From a virus: a DNA stretch of 64,000 nucleotides. How positions within the stretch are numbered: position 1 is the stretch's first letter; the number at the start of each line of letters is the position of its first letter. The notes beneath the pieces are model-generated. The model was not told the DNA's origin. It searched no databases and saw only the letters and a program-made list of their open reading frames with translations. The stretch lies in the IMG/VR virus record IMGVR_UViG_3300025030_000071, positions 22,749-86,748 of that record; one strand, given 5' to 3'. The translations under genes and the position numbers were made by a program. Below, one piece after another: positions 58,703 to 64,000 of this stretch.

Positions 58703-59483
58703 TATTATAATATTCCTGCAATTTACTATGGATACTATTTAAATGTCTCTTAATAGTATCTTTATCTCGTTGTAACCTTTCTCCAATCGCCACCACGGAC
58801 AAACCTTCTCTATAAACTAAAGAAAGCAAATACCTTTCATATACAGTTAACCTCTTATAAATTGTTTCTATCGGCGACATAACCCAGTTAAGATCAAAAT
58901 CAGTTTTAATTAACTCTGGATCTTCATCGGTTAAACTATGCATATCGATCAAGAAATCCATAGGATCTCCATAAGTCTCATCTTCTTGGCAATCAGAAAA
59001 ACTTACTTTCTTATTTAATGGATCTCTTACAAACTTTGTAAACCAATCTTTTAATCTAAATCTAAACATCTTAGTCAAAGGATTAGAAGCATCTACTCCT
59101 TCATGGATTGTGTACCTACTAAGATAAGTTAAAAAGATAAGCGTAAATTCAGCTTTCAGATCTTCTTTAGTAAGTCCTCGTGCTGAATGAACAATGTAAT
59201 TACGTTGATGAATGAAATTAGCGAATGTTTTTGGGCGCCCACTTAAGAACAAACCAAGAAAAACTCTAGTATCATAATTCTTTAAATCGATAGGTGCCCC
59301 AAGAAATAAACTTACATATTTCTCTAAATACCCATCAAAGAATTCTAATATCTGAGCTTGAGCATAACGCTTTTCTTTTGCTTCTCCATTAATATATTGA
59401 TAACACAAGATATTAATAAGATCGATATCTTCATTTTGGATCTTACGTCCAAGGGCTTTTTCTTTCTCAGTAACAAGGGCCAA
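58683..59483 (-). CDS. Phage sigma-70-family-like transcription factor
   Basis: Region-2-like 'EDL.AEF...F.....RY' and region-4 HTH 'LT.YER.LL.L.Y.EGLS...IG.RL......IK'; TTG start with GAGGAG SD. Confidence 0.65.
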   Translation of the reverse strand: MALVTEKEKALGRKIQNEDIDLINILCYQYINGEAKEKRYAQAQILEFFDGYLEKYVSLFLGAPIDLKNYDTRVFLGLFLSGRPKTFANFIHQRNYIVHSARGLTKEDLKAEFTLIFLTYLSRYTIHEGVDASNPLTKMFRFRLKDWFTKFVRDPLNKKVSFSDCQEDETYGDPMDFLIDMHSLTDEDPELIKTDFDLNWVMSPIETIYKRLTVYERYLLSLVYREGLSVVAIGERLQRDKDTIKRHLNSIHSKLQEYYNSGKERD

Positions 59484-59518
59484 GAACAGCTCTCCTCGCT
59501 ACACCATCCATCTACATT

Positions 59519-60010
59519 TTAGATTACTTCGTTATAAAAACTCAAATAAATCTTAGTACTTGGAGGACAAGAAACTTTTTTATTGTCCTCATCTCGCATC
59601 ACACCGGCATAATACTTACGGCAATCCATAAACCAAACTTGTCTGTCATCCTTCCACGCAATACCAGTTAATGCATCAAGCATAGCTTTTAAAACATTAT
59701 CTATATCAGGCTTTGCTAAATGATGGATAGGATCCATGCCGAGTCTTTCCTGCATCATACCTACCGGCCGAGGAAAATAAAAATGAGCCCCAACTTGTAC
59801 TAATCCCTGATGAGGGAAAGCAACCTTCTTCTCAACAGCAATCTTTCCAAGAGCATTTTCAAAACCCTCTCTAACCGCTTGTTTATATTCCTTAACATTA
59901 TTATCATTAGGAGTATACATCTTAATAAGGTTACCACGCCTAGCGGCTTTAATTCTGGGTTGAGCTATTGGTCTACCAAGAACCTCATAATCAATCAATA
60001 TCATTCTCAT
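59519..60010 (-). CDS. rusA: RusA-family Holliday junction resolvase
   Basis: 'KPDIDNVLKAMLDALTGIAWKDDRQV' RusA catalytic signature. Confidence 0.9.
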   Translation of the reverse strand: MRMILIDYEVLGRPIAQPRIKAARRGNLIKMYTPNDNNVKEYKQAVREGFENALGKIAVEKKVAFPHQGLVQVGAHFYFPRPVGMMQERLGMDPIHHLAKPDIDNVLKAMLDALTGIAWKDDRQVWFMDCRKYYAGVMRDEDNKKVSCPPSTKIYLSFYNEVI

Positions 60011-60367
60011 CCCCTAGGCTTCTTTTATAAGCTTTAGCTAACTGATATTTTTCCTTTCTAATACTTTTAGCTAACTCTTTTCTCTCTTGATAGTAACTAC
60101 TTTCTTTATATAGTTCATAAGAACATCGCCAACAACTTCTCTTATATCTAACCCAATTATCTGAAGTATTTTCCTTTATAGCAGTTAAGCATTTATCCTT
60201 AAAAGAAACAATATCAGTTAAATCATCATCAAACCAAATACAAATTAAACTGATACCTTGCTCAACGCAAAGGTCCTCTTTCCGCTTATCCCTATGCTTA
60301 GAAGCTAAAAACCCACCTTGATCTTTATGGAAGTGCTCAACAAATTCCCTATGCTGTCTTCCATGAC
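59991..60367 (-). CDS. Exon 2 of intron-split Vsr/DUF559-like nuclease
   Basis: Open frame (C)HGRQHREFVEHFH...RDKRKEDLCVEQGISLICIW...DENDID*, no start codon of its own in frame; absent from ORF track. Confidence 0.8.
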
Positions 60368-61454
60368 CAGTTTTGTTATCACTAAAGTTTTTTATCTCTA
60401 GTTTCTATATGTCACCATATAGCTCAGCATATATCATCGCCCTCGACTCTACGTTAGGGCGTCCAGCGCTCGTGGTAGTTTTATTGGATGAGTTCCTCAA
60501 CTACTATGCGTTGCACCTTCCATCTTACTTTGATACTCTTCTGATGGCTTGGCTCAGAATTTTCTGCAATTGTTTTTCATCTAGCCAATAAGGCTGTGAA
60601 GTATCTAAACGCAATAAATAAATATCATTTTCCAAACAAAAAGCATCTTTAATTAGATCTTTTTCTCTTTGATAAAAATATCTTTCATCACCATAAAGGC
60701 CTTTTATCCTATGTATAGGGCCATCAACCTCAATAGCAAAATTAATCGATGGTATCCAAAAATCTAATTCTAAAAAACAATTAGTTACAAGATTCTTAAT
60801 TAAGGAACGATGTCTCCTAAAAACAAGTTCTCTATTAACTAAATTTGCCAAAAGATTAAAAACATAGTCTTCTGCTCCGGACTGCCCCAGCGGCTTAACA
60901 CCTTTTTGACGCCTATACTTTTTTAAACGTGATCGCTCTTTAACTAAGCATCCATCACATTTTACAAAATTAGTAATAGGCTGAGCGCATTCTGTGCACA
61001 AACCATTAGATTTAAGATAAGCTCTTCTTTTCCGCCTTTTTAAACGAATTTCAGTTTTTTCTTCATCAGTAAAATTTTTTCTTCTGTTTTTCTTTTCAAC
61101 AGATTCTCTTTCTTTTTTTCTATCTGATGCACAAAAAAAACAGTATACATTCCTAGTATGCTTATCAATCTTTGTTTCACAAGTTTTACACGATCTATAA
61201 AGCTGAATCTTTAGCTTTTGCTCACGCTTTTCACTATAGATTTTTCTAGAATAAATACGTTTACGCTCTAACTCAAAAATAGTTTTACATTCAAAACAAC
61301 GTTTTTTATTACCATGACCAAATAATTCTTTATTACACTCTAAACAATTCATTAGATATACTCCATAAACTAAATGTTGTATACCTCGCAATAACAGACT
61401 TCCTCTGAATTCACTGGATTATTCGACTATAATTTCTTATAGAAGGAGCAATCT
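60368..61454 (-). ncRNA. Group I self-splicing intron (1087 nt) with internal nuclease ORF
   Basis: P1 GAGU/GCUC with U-G at the 5' splice site; P3 CCAGUG/CGCUGG; P4 UUCAGA/UCUGAG; P7 GCAUA/UAUGC; P9 CUAUAUG-GUGA-CAUAUAG; terminal G; removal restores the reading frame. Confidence 0.88.
60525..61352 (-). CDS. Intron-encoded putative homing endonuclease (Zn-ribbon repeats + Vsr/DUF559-like domain)
   Basis: ATG 61352 with GGAG SD; six CxxC motifs, Lys/Arg-rich; 'ELDFWIP....AIEVDGPIH...KD..KD.FC....I.LLR'. Confidence 0.8.
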   Translation of the reverse strand: MNCLECNKELFGHGNKKRCFECKTIFELERKRIYSRKIYSEKREQKLKIQLYRSCKTCETKIDKHTRNVYCFFCASDRKKERESVEKKNRRKNFTDEEKTEIRLKRRKRRAYLKSNGLCTECAQPITNFVKCDGCLVKERSRLKKYRRQKGVKPLGQSGAEDYVFNLLANLVNRELVFRRHRSLIKNLVTNCFLELDFWIPSINFAIEVDGPIHRIKGLYGDERYFYQREKDLIKDAFCLENDIYLLRLDTSQPYWLDEKQLQKILSQAIRRVSK

Positions 61455-61593
61455 ACTCTATTCCAAGACCATAATCTGGCAAATAAAAATCCAGCCTAAG
61501 CCCTTCACCTAAATGAAACTCAGACTGGATCTTTACATCTATCCCAAAAATATTAAGTATTAAATCTTTAACTTGCTCCGATAACTTTGACAT
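61455..61593 (-). CDS. Exon 1 of intron-split Vsr/DUF559-like nuclease
   Basis: MSKLSEQVKDLILNIFGIDVKIQSEFHLGEGLRLDFYLPDYGLGIE plus 1 nt; joins exon 2 to give GIECHGRQH, 171 aa total. Confidence 0.8.
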
Positions 61594-61897
61594 TATTCCA
61601 CACCGATATTGGCCTATTAATTGATGTAGGAGGAATTCTCCAAACTACTGGCCCATCCTTATAGGCACAGATACAAATCTCACAATCAAGAATACCTAAA
61701 TCTTTATACATATCTAACAAAGCAATCATGTCTCCCGAAATACCGAAGACTTCTTTTACACCCTTTAACCATTTGGCATCATCAGAATTCTCATAACGAT
61801 AATACCAAACAAAGTCTTTAATATGTTCTAAATCACTTTCGTTCCAGATGCTACCCTTAACACCTGGAAAAATTCTATATGATTCACCTTTTTTCAT
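61568..61897 (-). CDS. Hypothetical protein
   Basis: 109 aa, ATGA-coupled to upstream gene. Confidence 0.65.
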   Translation of the reverse strand: MKKGESYRIFPGVKGSIWNESDLEHIKDFVWYYRYENSDDAKWLKGVKEVFGISGDMIALLDMYKDLGILDCEICICAYKDGPVVWRIPPTSINRPISVWNNVKVIGAS

Positions 61898-62586
61898 CTA
61901 ACATTAACCGCCTCACATACCGAAACCAAAGGGCATGTAATACAAGAACTCGTATTAGGATATGTAGTTTTAATCTGCATAGATTGCATAACAGAAGCAA
62001 AATCTAATAAAGCAGATTCAAAATATCGGTTGGTAGGCTTCATCTCTAACGCAGACAGCAAACGAATAGGGCCAACTGCAAGAACATAGATCTTGTTTAC
62101 AGGTAAATCCTCATTTAAAACAACACTCGTATAACGAACAGAAGGCTCAACAAACAAAAGATTTTCATTAAGAGTACTATTCAAAATAAAAACCAGATCT
62201 ACTTTACCAGCAGTTTGTATAACAACTGGAATTTCAGAAACAAGTTGATGACCGTAAACTAAAGAAGAAGACATGCTATAATTTACGGCTAAAACTTCTC
62301 CATTTACATCAGTATACCAGTCATACAATTTGGTTAAAAGTAATATTGATTGGTTAAATTCTTTCTGAGTGAATTCAACAACAGAAGCTTCGCATAAAGA
62401 CTTCCATTTCTTCTCAAATCTAGCCCAAGAAAACTTTCCTCCAGATTCCATATCATGCCTAAAAGCAAACTCAACTATTTGCCTAACAAGAAGTGCATAA
62501 TCCGTTAAAGGTGCCACATGGCCACCTTGTTCATAGAATTTAGGACAAAAAGAAAAACCCACTAACTCATTTATAGATGCTTTCAT
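61894..62586 (-). CDS. Degenerate Cas4/AddB-like PD-(D/E)XK-fold protein
   Basis: N-term 'FCPKFY', C-term 'PN...C..CP....C' Fe-S cysteines, 'GKVDLV' but no following (D/E)xK. Confidence 0.55.
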   Translation of the reverse strand: MKASINELVGFSFCPKFYEQGGHVAPLTDYALLVRQIVEFAFRHDMESGGKFSWARFEKKWKSLCEASVVEFTQKEFNQSILLLTKLYDWYTDVNGEVLAVNYSMSSSLVYGHQLVSEIPVVIQTAGKVDLVFILNSTLNENLLFVEPSVRYTSVVLNEDLPVNKIYVLAVGPIRLLSALEMKPTNRYFESALLDFASVMQSMQIKTTYPNTSSCITCPLVSVCEAVNVR

Positions 62587-63122
62587 GTTGCTTTAATATT
62601 CACCACCGTAAAAGAAATACAATCTTTGTTCTCTTCTATCATCTGTTTTAGTTTTCTTTGATCATCATTAAGTCTGGCATTCTTACCAGTCTTAACATCC
62701 ATAAATTCAATACAACCAAGGCTATTTTCATCTGGAAACTTAATAGCTAAGAAATCTACTATGTCATTAATAGGAATCAATCTATCGTAATCTGACTTAA
62801 GCTTTAAAAAACCAATAAGTTCACCCATCTTACCGCTAGTTGTATTCACCGAACCTTGGATAACATTAAGAGTTTTGGTTGGAACATCTTTTAACTGGCT
62901 TTGGAGATTGCTTAATTGTCTGTCTTGAGTACCCAAAAAGTTTTGCATCTCTCTTAAAGAATCCCTCATGCCACCACTAACATCAGAAACCTTTTGTCTT
63001 AAAGAAGAATTGGCATCCTTTTCGGAGTTTAGTTGTTTTACAAGTTCAGCCAACGTCTTACCCTGGCGCCATAAAACAAAACTAGAACATACTATGCACA
63101 CAATAATAACCAACCAAGTCAC
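62583..63122 (-). CDS. Membrane-anchored endonuclease related to archaeal Holliday junction resolvase (Endonuc_Holl-like)
   Basis: N-terminal TM helix + coiled coil; 'GK.GE...VDFL...IEF.DVKTG.NARL...QR.LK..IE'. Confidence 0.7.
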   Translation of the reverse strand: MTWLVIIVCIVCSSFVLWRQGKTLAELVKQLNSEKDANSSLRQKVSDVSGGMRDSLREMQNFLGTQDRQLSNLQSQLKDVPTKTLNVIQGSVNTTSGKMGELIGFLKLKSDYDRLIPINDIVDFLAIKFPDENSLGCIEFMDVKTGKNARLNDDQRKLKQMIEENKDCISFTVVNIKAT

Positions 63123-63133
63123 TATCCACTCCT

Positions 63134-63466
63134 TTATACCTTTCTTCTTCTTGGTATTATGTATTCCATTTCGATCAGTACTTCGCCAAACTCTTTATGT
63201 TCTTCACAAAAAGCACATTCTAACTTAGACCAATTAACAAAAGTTAAATCTGAAATAACGGCCATAGGACAATGGCCTTTTTCACAACTGATAGAAAATA
63301 AAGGTTCTAACTTCCCTTCAGCAACAAGACTATCAAAAGCCAAATCAGCTTCTTCACTTTCTAAATCAAAAACTAAAGTAATCAGTTTAGAATTAAACCT
63401 TTCTACACCATGTTTCTTAAACTGGTAATCAATATAGCTTTCAATTAGAAAATATTCATAGTTCAT
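63134..63466 (-). CDS. Hypothetical protein with Zn-binding motifs
   Basis: CEKGHC and CAFC motifs. Confidence 0.65.
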   Translation of the reverse strand: MNYEYFLIESYIDYQFKKHGVERFNSKLITLVFDLESEEADLAFDSLVAEGKLEPLFSISCEKGHCPMAVISDLTFVNWSKLECAFCEEHKEFGEVLIEMEYIIPRRRKV

Positions 63467-63469
63467 TTT

Positions 63470-63685
63470 TTAAATCGAAATACCCCTCATGTTGATCTTG
63501 AAGGTTGCACTCTTACCTCCCCAAATTCTCTTCCAGTTATTTGCACCACATTCACAATAAAAATCATCAGGGGTTTCACCTGCCGACAAACCACACAACT
63601 CTCCAACCCTAATATTGTTAGAAGCATTAAGTCTCATGGTGGTTTCTTTATCGCAAACCATACATCTAAAATCATAAACAATCAT
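63470..63685 (-). CDS. FmdB-like zinc-ribbon protein
   Basis: 'M.VYDFRC..C...CECG....KRI'. Confidence 0.65.
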   Translation of the reverse strand: MIVYDFRCMVCDKETTMRLNASNNIRVGELCGLSAGETPDDFYCECGANNWKRIWGGKSATFKINMRGISI

Positions 63686-63795
63686 TTCTTTTTCTGTCTC
63701 TTCTTAGGTTTATTATCTTGCTCTTTCACTTCTTTAAGAATGCTAATACTAGCATCAATAAAAGCACCCTTAATCAACTTAACCAATTCATTCAT
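63682..63795 (-). CDS. 37-aa basic peptide (MNELVKLIKGAFIDASISILKEVKEQDNKPKKRQKKK)
   Basis: Overlap-coupled to both neighbours; below ORF-track cutoff. Confidence 0.5.
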   Translation of the reverse strand: MNELVKLIKGAFIDASISILKEVKEQDNKPKKRQKKK

Positions 63796-64000
63796 ACTTG
63801 GACCCTATGGTAAAAGGGATACTCTTATCCTTTCCCAAATAACTATAAGCGAATCTACAATTGAACAAGAAAGTAGTTAACATACCCACCTTAATATCAT
63901 GTTCAATGATACAAACATCAATAGGGCTTTCAACAACTAAATCTTCTTTCAAAACTATTAGATTAGGTAAATCAGAATCCTTTCTAGGATCCCAAATTAT
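63788..64000 (-). CDS. 3' end of a gene starting beyond the window
   Basis: Frame open from 64000 to TGA at 63790-63788 (IIWDPRKDSD...GSKYE*). Confidence 0.6.
   Translation of the reverse strand: MIWDPRKDSDLPNLIVLKEDLVVESPIDVCIIEHDIKVGMLTTFLFNCRFAYSYLGKDKSIPFTIGSKYE

Noticed and set aside
60373-60591. 72-aa + strand ORF
   Set aside because: It is the antisense of the intron catalytic core (P6-P9).
61353-61391. ORF-track N-terminal extension of the intron nuclease (TTG start at 61391)
   Set aside because: ATG 61352 has a GGAG SD, and the extension coincides with the regulatory hairpin.
61453-61455. In-frame TAG in the nuclease gene as evidence of stop-codon recoding (together with the RF-like gene)
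   Set aside because: The TAG is created by the intron 5' boundary. Long genes are fully open in the standard code, and TAG/TGA serve as normal stops (e.g. 8914, 56191, 6314, 10142).
57178-63428. Short + strand ORFs in the minus-strand block
   Set aside because: Shadows of coupled minus-strand genes with recognisable motifs.
1-64000. tRNA/rRNA genes, inteins, integrase or host genes
   Set aside because: Intergenic gaps are short and no cloverleaf, intein splice motifs or cellular housekeeping genes were recognised by eye; tRNAscan and an intein HMM search would be needed to exclude them formally.

Overview
The window is a fragment of a large contractile-tailed (myovirus-type, probably jumbo) phage genome read in the standard genetic code. 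From 46 to 56191 the + strand carries a tightly coupled virion operon: head decoration/fibre proteins, neck proteins, tail sheath, three tail-tube paralogs, two tail chaperones, two giant tape-measure-region proteins, an M23-peptidase-containing baseplate hub, spike/gp25/J baseplate proteins, large wedge/fibre proteins and a holin-like gene. From 56184 to the end a convergent minus-strand block encodes DNA-processing and regulatory proteins: Cas4-like nucleases, an AAA ATPase, a sigma-70-like factor, RusA, a second resolvase-like nuclease and a Zn-ribbon protein. Three things stand out. (1) The 1907-aa protein in the tape-measure locus (21726-27449) carries an ordered set of two-barrel RNA polymerase motifs with a variant catalytic loop, ADFDDD, so it is a candidate virion-injected single-subunit RNAP. 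(2) A group I intron (60368-61454, minus strand), invisible in the ORF track, splits a Vsr/DUF559-like nuclease gene in its active-site motif and itself encodes a nuclease of the same family. (3) A GTTATT motif recurs in the 5' arm of hairpins that hide ribosome-binding sites, suggesting a late-promoter translational switch. A GGQ-less release-factor-like mini-gene also sits between the tail chaperones. All family assignments come from motifs recognised by eye; no searches were run.
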